Source: Octopus bimaculoides
Lineage: Eukaryota
DNA length: 64,000 bases
Assembly: GCF_001194135.2 (NCBI RefSeq)
Contig: NC_069000.1
Span: 26,876,657-26,940,656 of the forward strand
Direction: 5' to 3'
This document shows, piece after piece, positions 1 to 11,017 of the stretch. Position 1 is the first letter of the stretch. Each line of letters begins with the position of its first letter. A program made the translations under genes and the position numbers. The notes beneath the pieces are model-generated. The model had not been told where the DNA came from. It searched no databases and was given only the letters and a program-made list of their open reading frames with translations.

Positions 1-36
1 ATATATGTACGTATATATAAATATTACATATATATT

Positions 37-66
<30 letters not shown>

Positions 67-71
<5 letters not shown>

Positions 72-116
72 TCATCATCATCGTTTAACGTCCGCTCTCC
101 ATGCTAGCATGGGTTA
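67..116 (-). mobile_element. 3' tail fragment of RTE LINE / RTE-tailed SINE
   Basis: Reverse complement reads aacccatgctagcatggagagcggacgttaaacgatgatgatgat, the same tail seen on the long RTE copies in this window. Confidence 0.75.
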
Positions 117-141
117 TATATAATATATGTGTGTGTGTGAG

Positions 142-179
<38 letters not shown>

Positions 180-286
180 GACAAATATATATATCACCTA
201 TATGTATATATATGTAATATTAATATGTATCGGAGATCGGTGATATATATATGTAATATTAATATGCACCGAAGATCGGTGATTGT

Positions 287-331
287 CGTACGCTGACGAA
301 GGGTAAATACCCAGAAACTCGAGTCCGTGCG
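287..331 (+). ncRNA. Minimal type I hammerhead ribozyme (PLE-type)
   Basis: Stem I CGTACG(287-292)/CGTGCG(326-331); core CTGACGA 293-299; stem II GGGT-AAAT-ACCC flanked by A.A; GAAA 314-317; palindromic stem III ACTCGAGT; GTC cleavage triplet 323-325. Confidence 0.85.
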
Positions 332-542
332 TATCGCGTGATCAAGATAGGAAGGATGACTTCCCTCTGCAAATGTGTGTCAATAGCCAGCTGGAGATGT
401 TCTTCTGGGGCTAAAAGCAACAGTAACATTCACCCTTAGGGTNNNNNNNNNNNNNNNNNNNNNNNNNNNNNNNNNNNNNNNNNNNNNNNNNNNNNNNNNN
501 NNNNNNNNNNNNNNNNNNNNNNNNNNNNNNNNNNNNNNNNNN

Positions 543-575
<33 letters not shown>

Positions 576-599
576 TGTATGTATGTATAGCAAATAGGG

Positions 600-1340
600 G
601 TGTGTTGTTGAAAATGCACTTAAATTTAAAAACTCGTAAATGTTTAAAATACATTTATTTACATATATACCAATCTAGTTTGAACAATGTTTTTTGTTTA
701 TGAATGGTAAAAGTTTAAAATTAGAAACACAGCGTTAAAAGTTTCAATTTTGACCAATCGAAATGTTTCAATGTTGACAAATTAAAATATTTCAATGTTG
801 ATAAATTATTGTGTTCAAAACAGAAAGTGTAAGTTTGAAATTAAAATTGTATATCAGTTTGTTAGAATGTGCAAGGTTCATTAATTTCAGTGGTGGTTGA
901 CAAATCATACTGAAAAAAAACAAGTCTGAGAATTAAAATAGTAAAAGAAGGGAATTTGGTTTATAGTTTCTCAGATCTTCTTTAAATAGTCGCTTTCGCT
1001 TTTAATGGTATGTTTAGGGATCAGATGTATTTAGAAAATTTATTTTTGTGAGTGGATCTGATTTTTGATTCATTGAAAAATTTGATGACATTTTTCTTCT
1101 GTAGTCAAGCTTGTCGTTTTGCCTGGTTGGTTTCCTTGTGGATAAGGTTAAAGGTCATTCCAGTTGGTTGGTTCTCTTAAAGGGTCATTTCCTTGTATTC
1201 GCTGAAGGTCGGTTTTGATTGGTCTGGAATTATGTGACGTCAGCAACTGGTGTTTGTGGAATTTCATTGGATTGGAGATGGGTGACGTCAGCATCTTGTG
1301 TTTGTGTGGTGATTTGGAGTTGCGGTTTCAAAACCCGGGT
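600..1340 (-). mobile_element. Decayed Penelope-like element, linker and GIY-YIG fragment
   Basis: Minus-strand remnants NTRK-(CNC-like) and SKYI*SL (the SKYIWxLK motif), with many stops. Confidence 0.5.
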
Positions 1341-1391
1341 GGAAGATTGTTACTAAAATTCTGCGACTATATATATATATATATATATATA

Positions 1392-1900
1392 AAATCAAAA
1401 TAAGCAACACGGATTTTAAAGATGGTTGCAGTATGCACGTTTCATGCTACTCCATTTATTTAAGTAATGTGAGCATTACATTAAATACAATATGTAGAGC
1501 AATCTTCAGCTGCACGAAAATGCAGAAAATTACAGTAGAATAGACATATTATAATTGTGGCAACATTTAAAATCCAAGTGGGAGGAAGAATACATAAAAA
1601 TCCATCTTGACATAGCCAAGTCTATCAGGCTAGTAATTGGTTCTAGGCAAAAATTCTAACTGTCTCTGATTTTATTGTCTCTTATCTAGTAGTAATAGTT
1701 TGAGGGACAATCACTTCTAAGGAAAGGGAAGGTGTAAGCATTATGCATGGACATAGCTATAAAGGATATGGTTATAAAGGTTTCTCTGGTCAGAGTGGCA
1801 ACACTCTTATAGGTTGGGGTTTTTGGAATGGTTTTTATATAATACCATACCATACTATATTCTGGTGCCTAAACATAAGTACCATATTCAATTTTTTAAT
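1392..1900 (-). mobile_element. Penelope-like element 3' fragment with pLTR
   Basis: Remnant SYSC-like and DCP motifs, followed by a pLTR homologous to 30315-30624 and 34321-34622. Confidence 0.55.
1427..1514 (-). ncRNA. Type I hammerhead ribozyme with long stem II loop (one stem III mismatch)
   Basis: Minus strand reads tgcag CTGAAGA t-tgc...gca-t GAAAC gtgc ATA ctgca; stem I is a perfect 5 bp. Confidence 0.65.
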
Positions 1901-1917
1901 CTAAATCTAAACCTTTA

Positions 1918-1958
<41 letters not shown>

Positions 1959-1996
1959 GAGGTGGATGCAGATTCAACTGCTGATCCTGATGATTC

Positions 1997-3545
1997 TCAG
2001 CAATCCTTCTCAAATCGTGTAATCATGCCCTGGCATAACCCCTCCAGATTCTTTTCTAGAGCTTTCTTGCAAATGGCATACTGCAAAGGAAGCTGTAGGA
2101 AGGAATAATATGCCCAGTCCATAAAGCATTCACACATCAGCAAAGTCATGGATCGGATAGTCAGAGGGAAACTAATCGCATTCCTTGAAGAAAATAACTT
2201 GCTGAGTGATACCAAGCATGGGTTTCGAACCAGGTAGGAGCTGCTTGACTCAGCTCTTACAACATTATGACTGGGTGTTGAGGCAATTACTCACCAACTC
2301 AAATGTGGACGTAACGTACCTTGATTTTGCAAAAGCTTTCGACAAAGTGGATCATGGTATGATATACCACAAACTGCATGATCTTGTCATAGCTGGAAAA
2401 CTTGGAGAGTGGTTACATGACTTTCTGAAAGATAGAAGTCAGACAGTAGTGGCCACCTCAATGAAACCACAAATAGTGAGTAGTGTTCCATAGGGCACTG
2501 TCTTGGGACCACTGCTTTTCATAGTCGCTCTCTCAAGATATGTCCCCAACTGCCCAGATAGCCACCCTTGCTAGCTACACAAACGATATGAAAGTCTCAC
2601 AGAAAATACAGAACCCCAGCAGTGTTGCACATCTGCAGCAGGAGTTGGACTCAATTTACAGATGGGCTGAGGATAATAATATGCAGTTTAATGCTGAAAA
2701 ATTCCAAGCCCTGCACTACCAGCGTCCAAAACTGAATATGAAACTTACAGGGTACACTGGTCTGCAGGGAATTTCTATCCCAGAGCCTAAATCAGTGAGG
2801 GACCTGGGTATCGACATGAATGATGATACCTCTTTCCATCCAGTGCACATCACCAGGATGGCGACAAAGTGCAGACAACTGGCTGGATGGATCCTGAGAA
2901 CATTCAGAACCAGAGATAAGGAAACCATTATGGTCCTATGAAGGACATTTGTCCTCAGCCACCCAGATTACCACTCCCAGCTATGGTCACCCAACTGTGT
3001 AAAACTAACAGTGGACCTTGAAGCAATCCAGTGAAGATTCACAAAGAAGATTGTCTCTTTGCAACTGCTCAGCTACTGGGAAAGGCTGAAACAGTGAAGA
3101 CTCTACTCCCTGGAGAGAAGGCGGGAGAGATATGCAGTAGTATACATCTGGAGGATCCTGGAAGGAACAGTGGCAAATTTTGGCATTGAAAGCTACACCA
3201 ATACCAGAAAGTGTCGACACTGCACAGTACCAAAGATCCCAGCAATGCCATCATGTTTCAGGACCATTTACTTTAACAGCCTGGGTTTCAGGGGCCCACC
3301 GCTTTTTAATATTCTCCCAAAGAGCCTGAGGGAGCTACACAAAGGGGATGTAGGTGTTTTCAAATCAAAACCGGACCTCTTCCTGTCCAGAGTCCCAAAT
3401 GAACCTACCTCGCAGCAAGAGGTGCAAATGAGGGTAGTGACATCAAACTCCCCTATTCATCGAATGCCACATATCAGAGGAGGCTTTCAATAATAACTGT
3501 TGCTAAACAGCAGTGCCTCAGCAGCTCTGAGCTGAGAAAAAGAAA
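1997..3545 (+). mobile_element. CR1/L2-type LINE, 5'-truncated RT and C-terminus, frameshifted
   Basis: GFEPGRSCLTQLL, YLDFAKAFDKVDH, VP*GTVLGPLLF, WAEDNNMQFN and RRERYAVVYIWRILEG motifs. Confidence 0.9.
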
Positions 3546-3589
3546 TATATATATTATTTATTCATATACTATTTATTTTTATACATAGA

Positions 3590-5300
3590 TATTCATTTTA
3601 CTCTACCTGGAAAACGTTTCTAACCAAAAATTACAAAGAGTTAAAAATAGGTTTGTTAAATTTTTCCAAAACATGGGCTTAAACATTATTTTCAATGATG
3701 ATATAACTAAAGCCAACTTTTTGGATATTACCCTTAACTTACATAAAGATTCATATTTCCCGTACCATTAACCCTCAACTAATTTAAAATATATTAGCTC
3801 TTTCCGTAATCATCTAAAGGCTATTGCAAGGAATTTAGTGAAAAATATTTCACTTAGACTTTCTAGATTATCTGCTAATGTTGAATTCTTAAAGGATAAA
3901 GCCAAATTTTGTAATTCTTCCTTACTTAAAGCAGATTACAAAGAAAGAATTACCTATATTAACCCTATTGACATTAATTCTGCCTCTATTAATCAGGGCA
4001 TGAAAACACATCATAACGATAATAACAATATAAATTTTAGTTCGAATAACAACACTAAAGGAAAAAAATGCAATTTTGCAGATTAAGGGAGATAACCATT
4101 CTTTACATCCCGTTATTTTTAAAGATAATTATCCTAATAACAATGTGTGTCCTAGTAAAACAGTTTTGCTGATCATTCCATATGATAAGCAGAACAAATC
4201 AAACCTCCCTTACCAGTTTTGTGAAGCTACAGATAAGAATTTTCCAAAAGATTCCATTATCAATTCACACCAAATGAGGTTAGGTTTTTCAAACACCAAA
4301 AACCTTTCACAAATCATTTCATCACATAGCAATAAGTTGTTAAATTCAAATCCACTTAATGAAAATAATATCAATGATATTATTAATGCTAACCATTCTT
4401 TGAACAATAATAACAACAATATTAATATTTCTGATATGAATTTGAATCGTATTTGTTTCTTTAGCAGTAATTCTAAGACTAGAAACTCTGTTTATCAATG
4501 TAAAATTACTTCCAGTTCTGATATATTTTCCTATACTGGTAGTTCATCGTCTCAGTTGTTGAAAAGCATATCTAACCATTACTCTACATTTAGACATATC
4601 AATAAATGCAACAACACTGGGCTTAGTAAATTAATTCGGTCACTAAAGGAACATAATAAACAATTCGATTTGGAATGGAAAATTCTATCTAGATCCTTCC
4701 CATATGACAAAGGTAAATCTTTTCGTCAACTTTATAATGAAGAGCAATTTCTTTTCTCAAAGAATACTCTTGTAAACATATTTAAAGAACACGTTTATTG
4801 TTGTAAACATTGGCAAAAGCATACCTTTAGTTCCTGTCAGTAGTTTCTACCAATCTATAAAATTCGACCTTTAACTGTCTTCTTACATTTCATTTCCACT
4901 ACATATATCTATTTCCACGCTTTTAAACATTATTTCCATTCATGTATCACACTATATTTTTCCATTCTTAATTTTCCATTAATTTCTTTCTTTCTCCTCC
5001 TTCTCTTTCTCTAAATTACCTTTGATGTGAAATCTATTAACGGTTTTTAAAAAAATAACTTGCTAGCGTTCCCCTTCATCATATACATGATAATCACAGT
5101 CAGTTAAAATGGTTTATTGATGTGTTTGTTTTGTTTCCCTTTTTTACCTGACAAGATGACTGCATTGTTTTACATCATTTTAATTCCCTCCGGAATAATA
5201 TTAATGCTTAATTTGAAACATATGTTGGAAGTATAAATGATTTGAATAACACTTGCGTTAGACGCCATTTCTTAATTTATCCATGTTATACAAAAACATT
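3590..5300 (+). mobile_element. Penelope-like (Naiad-like) thumb and GIY-YIG, decayed
   Basis: NFLDITLNL, KNISLRLSRLSAN, SVYQCKI, LSKLIRSLK, WKILSRSFPYDKGK and CCKH motifs. Confidence 0.8.
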
Positions 5301-5445
5301 TCACTTAACCCTGGAATTTCTACCTTTATAGGTGGGCTGTGGTATCCTTGGCACTTACGTGAATTTTTGCTACCCTGGTAACTATTTATTTATTTTCTCC
5401 TTGTTATTTGTACACATTGAAAGATACACATACATTTATGTATAT

Positions 5446-5517
<72 letters not shown>

Positions 5518-5520
<3 letters not shown>

Positions 5521-5723
5521 CGATGCCAGGCCCACCTGAGTGGCTCCTGTGCCAGTGGCACATAAAAAGCACCCACAACACTCTGAGAGTGGTTGGCATT
5601 AAGAAGGGCATCCACATTGCCAGATCAGACTGGAGCCTGGTGCAACTGCTGGCTCTCCACACCTCAGTCAAACTGTCCAACCCATGCCAGCATGGAAAAG
5701 TGACATTAAACGATGATGATGAT
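5518..5723 (+). mobile_element. RTE-tail short element
   Basis: ggctcctgtgccagtggcac...aacccatgccagcatggaaaagtgacattaaacgatgatgat, identical in type to the RTE 3' ends here. Confidence 0.8.
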
Positions 5724-6094
5724 GGGATATATATGTATATATATATATCTATATATATCAAATATAAAAGAAGAGTGTATAATTGTGAATAAATCACAAT
5801 TATAACAGAGAGGGTTGTAAAAATCCTTACATGTCTAGAAATACCAACCAAAACTGCTTTAATGCCACCAGAACCACTCATATTATATCTCTTCAGAATA
5901 AAAACTTCTGGTGGGCGACATGACAAAGTTCAAAATCTAAATAAAAATAAAAGGCTATGAAGAAGTTTTTTAATTGCATGTTCTGGCACTGATATATTTG
6001 TAAATAATTTGAATTGTTTATGGTGTATCCTGCGTAATATATTTTTACATTCCTCTTTTATGGTATATACATACATATATATATATTTATTCAT

Positions 6095-7322
6095 ACATAC
6101 TCTTTTGTACTTTTACTTGTTTCTCCCATGTGGCTTCAGTGATGCTGGAGCACCACTGTGGTCTTTCTGATTTCCTCAGTCTGGGTTGTTTCACATCACC
6201 ACTTCTGTATGTACTTTTGTCCCAGATGTTGGTACATTTGATTTATGAGGGAATTTGATTTTGCTGCCTTGTCCGCACTTCGTGTCAGGCTGTTGGTTCA
6301 TTTGGTATTGTGGAGAGGAGGAGGTCTAGTTCCTTTTCGCAGACATCTACTTCCACTTAATGCAGATTTCTTAATTTTTGTGGCAGGGCTTTGAAGAGCT
6401 GTGGGCCTTTCAACTATAGACTATTGCAGTACCTGGTCCTGAATTTAGAAGTGGATAGTACCTTTGGTACAATACAATGGCGGCCAGTTCTGGCATTTGC
6501 ATAACACTCAATACCGAAATTAGGTACTAGCTCTTCTAGAGTTTTCCATATGTAGATTATTGCATATCTGTCGCACCTTCATTCCAGGGAGTAAAATTGC
6601 AGTTTTCTTAGCCTATTACTGTAGCTCATCCACTTCACTGTTTCAATCTTTTAAGTGTAGTGGCATTGGACTGCTTCAAGTTCTGCTGTTAGTTTGGCAC
6701 TATGTGGTGACCATAACTAGGAACAATAGTTCAGGGGGCCACGGACAAATGTTCTCCACTGGATCAACATAGTTTCTTGGTGTCTAGCTGCCATTTTGGT
6801 AATGTGTATATAAAATGATGCGTTATTGCCCATACTGATCCCCAAGTCTTTCACTGCCTTTGACTCTGAGATTGTAGTGCATTCGGGTGCTGTATATGCA
6901 GGCTGTAGTGCATTTGTAAGTTGATAGTGCAGTGCTTGAAATTTTCCAGCATTAAACTGCATGTTGTTTATTTCAGCCCACTTGTATATCGAATTCAGGT
7001 CCCACCGAAAGCTTGCAACATCATCTTGATTTGTTATTGCCTGTGATAATTTTGTATCATCTGCATAGCTAGTGGTCATGGGCATGTCTAAGAGGACTAT
7101 TATGAACAGTAGTGGTCCCAGAACAGTGCCTGACAACTGTCTTTAAGGAACTCATGTAGCCATTCTCCCAGTTTACCAGCAATGCCAAGGTCTTGTAGCT
7201 TGCAACATATGCCATGATCTACCTTATCAAATGCTTATGCAAAGTCAAGTTATTTGATATCATGCTGACATCTAAATGGTGAAGCAGCTGTTTCAAAACT
7301 CAGTCATAGTGCTGTAGGAGTT
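6095..7322 (-). mobile_element. CR1/L2-type LINE 3' part
   Basis: ORF 6717-7136 has GTVLGPLLF, SYADDTK and WAEINNMQFN; it is homologous to 1997-3545 and ends in an (AAAAG) tail. Confidence 0.88.
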
Positions 7323-7639
7323 GTGCGAGGCAGCTTCTTCCTGAATGGAAGCCATGCTGTGTATTGTTCATCCAACCTCTTTTTTATTATTATCTTCCTT
7401 TCTTTCAACCTCTTTTTTTTCCCAATCATTCGTCATGTTGCACCACTAAAATCTACAATTTTTTTCATTCTCTCTCTGTTTATTTTCTCTTATTCCTTTC
7501 TTTTGAAGAGTGTAGGCTTGAAACATAAAAAACTTTTTCATTTTTCCTGAGCATCAAGCTAATACACTTACTTGTTCATACATCTGTCTTTGTTTTTTGT
7601 TGTTCTATAAATTTATACATATATATATATATATATATA

Positions 7640-7800
7640 TAACTCTGTAAAGTAGTTGGCGTTAGGAAGGGCACCTAGTCATGGAAACCATGCCCAATCA
7701 GACTGAAGTTTGGTGTAACTTCCCAGCTTGCCAGCTCTAGTCAAGCCATTCAACCTATGCCAGCATGGACAATGGATGTCAAATGATGATGATGATGTTG
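7640..7800 (+). mobile_element. RTE-tail short element
   Basis: gttggcgttaggaagggc...aacctatgccagcatggacaatggatgtcaaatgatgatgat. Confidence 0.75.
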
Positions 7801-7847
7801 ATTAGTGGGATAACTTGGCAGTGTGATATTGTTAATATATGGTCGTT

Positions 7848-7990
7848 TATGGCTATATGGTTAAGAAGCTTGCTTCCCAACCACAGGGTTTCAGGTTTAG
7901 TCCCACTGTGTGGCAGCTTGGGCAAGTGTCTTCTATTTTAGCTCTGCGCCAACCAATGCATTGTGAATGAATTTAGTGGAAGACATTGTA
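7848..7990 (+). mobile_element. tRNA-type SINE family 1, partial
   Basis: tggttaagaagcttgcttcccaaccacagggtttcaggtttagtccc...ttgggcaagtgtctt; matches the head of 33391-33797. Confidence 0.7.
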
Positions 7991-8032
7991 CCAATATATG
8001 TGAGTGTATGGATGTATGCATATTTATAGTCA

Positions 8033-8535
8033 GGCACAGGTGTGGCTCTGTGGTAAGAAGCTTGCTTCCCAGCTACATGGTTCTGGGTTCAGTCCCACTG
8101 CATGGCACCCTGGGCAAGTGTCTACTATAACCTCAGGCCAAACAAAGCCTTCTGAGTGGATTTGGTAGACAGAAACTGAAAGAGGCTTGTCGAGTATATG
8201 CATATATACGTACAGGTATGTGCATACCTATGTTTACTTGTATATATAGGTGCATATCTGGGTACAGGACGTTGCAAACAAAACGTAGACAAAAAAATAA
8301 TAATAACCAGAGTACAGAAAACACACANNNNNNNNNNAATAACCAGAGTACAGAAAACACACAGGTCACATAGAGAACATTTTCCTTCATCAGCTACCCC
8401 CATTCTAACACAGGCGTTTCGAAGAGTAGGACAGGACGCATCATGTGTGTGTGTGTTTATCCCCCACCACCTCTTGACAACTAGTGTTGGAGTGCTTATA
8501 TCTCTGTAACTTAGTTTCACAAAAAGAGAGACAAT
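8033..8535 (+). mobile_element. tRNA-type SINE family 1, interrupted in its central microsatellite by a ~200-bp element
   Basis: Head and 3' part align with 33391-33797; 8230-8440 is foreign sequence. Confidence 0.75.
8230..8440 (-). mobile_element. Orphan ~200-bp non-coding element with hammerhead core motifs (copy A)
   Basis: Homologous along its length to 32283-32485; carries GCGTC, GAAACGC and CTGATGA on the minus strand. Confidence 0.65.
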
Positions 8536-8569
8536 GCCAATATGCTAGAAGTATTTATCAGTATGTATA

Positions 8570-9880
8570 TATATTTTTCACTTAAACAGAGGGAGCATGT
8601 TTATTAAAATTTCTAATATTAGGATTATAAAATTTAACAGGGTTAATGACAGGTCTTCTTATAGGTTTATAATTTAATGGGTGGGTTATTTTAATCATAT
8701 CAGAGTTACTATGAGGTGTTAAATTAGCTAATTTAATTTTGAGTTTGGTGTCAGGGATGTAGAAAATATTGTCATGAAATTCATTTGATTTTAGGGCATG
8801 ATTATAAATTGGTGCATGTGCATTGAAGATCTCCTTGTTTACTGGTAGGTTGAACATTCTAATGGAGATGGCAGTGATAATACTATTGATGGTTAATTTC
8901 AGATGATTAGAAGAGACGTTAATATATTTTAGTGTTTAAATTTAATGTGACATCTAGAAAGTTGACTATTTTTGTGTCAGTCTCGAATACAATATTGAGA
9001 TTTAAGAAATTCAAAAGAAATGTTCTTAATGACTTCTTAATTCATTCAATCTCTGATTTAGATGAACCTTTTGCTGCAAATAGAGCATCATACCTGTATA
9101 GCCCACCAGATATGTTTGAGTAGCTTTTCCTAATTTGAGACACCTGGGCTGAATCTGCCAAACCCATGGTAATATCAAAGTAGTTTGTCGAGTCACTTCT
9201 AATCCAATTATAATTTTTTAAATTTATCAACATTTTCCCCCATGGTTAGGATAATATCAATATCAGATCTGGGGATGTTGACAAAATCCCAGGCAAATAT
9301 CAGTATCTTATTTAATAGTATCGGGGAGATAGTGGCATAATAATTCGAAATGTCAAATTGTATAAAACAAGTTTTATGCTTACCTGGGAGGCAATGGAAC
9401 CATGTTATAACATCACCTGTTGAATTCCATAGAGGGAGTTTATGAGTGCAGTATCCTTTGCATGTTTATATTTGGTATTTAATTCCATCAAAGCTAGTTT
9501 ATTATGGGTATCATATGGCATTGAATAAATATTGTCCATTTTGTCAGAGAGCACATAGGTTAGGAGATCATTTTATCTTTGAAATAATTCCAGAAAGCTT
9601 TTTCTGGAAGGGGTTGGTGTGTTTAGAGAACTTCAAGTTTTTTATGAGGTGCATCAAGTCTTTTACAAAATTAACTAATGCTGCGTTAGCAGGAGGATTT
9701 TTGTATGATTTTAAATTGTAGTTGTTCTTTTCGTTAGGTTGTTTGGATTTATCAACATAGAAGAAGGCTCTCCATCTTAATCTGTTTATAAATTCTGTAG
9801 TCTTATGTAGAAGGAAATCCATATATGTGTCCTTGGATGGTATAGAAATGTTTTTCGTAGAAATGCTTAAGATTTGCTTC
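8570..9880 (-). mobile_element. Penelope-like (Naiad-like) N-terminus and RT, decayed, EN missing
   Basis: TEFINRLRWRAFF, NLKSYKNPP, YFDITMGLADSAQV, GGLYRYDAL and VNFLDVTLNL motifs. Confidence 0.88.
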
Positions 9881-10564
9881 TCCGTTATTGCTATCTATGA
9901 GAAGTGCTCATTAGAGCCAAAGTGTATAATTCTAAATTTTCTTTAGACAAGCATAGAAAGCAAGAAAGTGCTCGAGTCGAACCCAAGACACTAGACAAGT
10001 ACAAGAGATACATAGAAGTTCAACTCAGGCAGACTACAGTTGGTGTATACATATACGGATTTAATATGATAGAATTATCTAAAACATATATTAATACATT
10101 CAGAATATAAAGATATAGAAATATAAAAATGTAGATGAATGTTAAAAATATGCAAGGACAAATAAATATATAGATATATCAATATAATAGAGTATAGATA
10201 AAAATATAGATTAGAATAATGAAATATAGAAAAACATTTCTTTTAAAAATTCAAAATAAATTATGGAATGGAGGGAGTAATAGATGTTTAAAAAGAGTTT
10301 TTGGTAGCATATTTAAAGGAAATGAAGTATTCCGACAATCGTTTCTAGAGTTCATTCAGAGAGCACATGTGAATCTTATGATTTATTTCCAAGGAATGCT
10401 CCCATCATCAGGGAAAAGGAAAAGAATAGTATTTGCACCAGAAATGTATTAAATGGTTTTGCAAGTATTAATTAATTTATGTTTTATATAAGAGTCATAC
10501 AAGTTATGGAAATTATTAGGAGGGCTATGGGAGTTTTTAAATTTTTTAAATTATAACCAAGCGT

Positions 10565-10927
10565 GATCGTTACCAGCGTTGGCACTTGTGCTGCAGCGTT
10601 ACATTCCTGGAAGTAGCATGTGAAAAGTCATTAGAGCGAGATCGTTGCCAGTGCCGTTGGACTGGCTCCTGTGCAGGTGGCACGTAAAATATACCATTTT
10701 GAGCGTGGTCGTTGCCAGTACCATCCGACTGGCCTTTGTGCTGGTGGCATGTAAAAGCACCCACTACTCTCTCGGAGTGGTTGGCATTAGGAAGGGCTGT
10801 AGAAACTCTGCCAAATCAGATTGGAGCCTGGTGTAGCCATCTGGTTCACCAGTCCTCAGTCAAATCATCCAACCCATGCTAGCATGGAAAGCGGATGTTA
10901 AACAATGATGATGATGATGATGATGAT
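10565..10927 (+). mobile_element. RTE 3'UTR/tail element
   Basis: ~60-bp subrepeats plus the aacccatgctagcatggaaagcggatgttaaacaatgatgat tail. Confidence 0.82.
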
Positions 10928-11017
10928 ATATATNNNNNNNNNNNNNNNNNNNNNNNNNNNNNNNNNNNNNNNNTATATATATAAAAATATATATATATAC
11001 AGCTATCATCAGCATAT

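Noticed and set aside
5143-5232. Hammerhead-like CTGACAA...GAAAC ATAT GTT at a PLE 3' end
   Set aside because: G8 is mutated, stem I is broken and there is no clear stem II; at most a dead relic.
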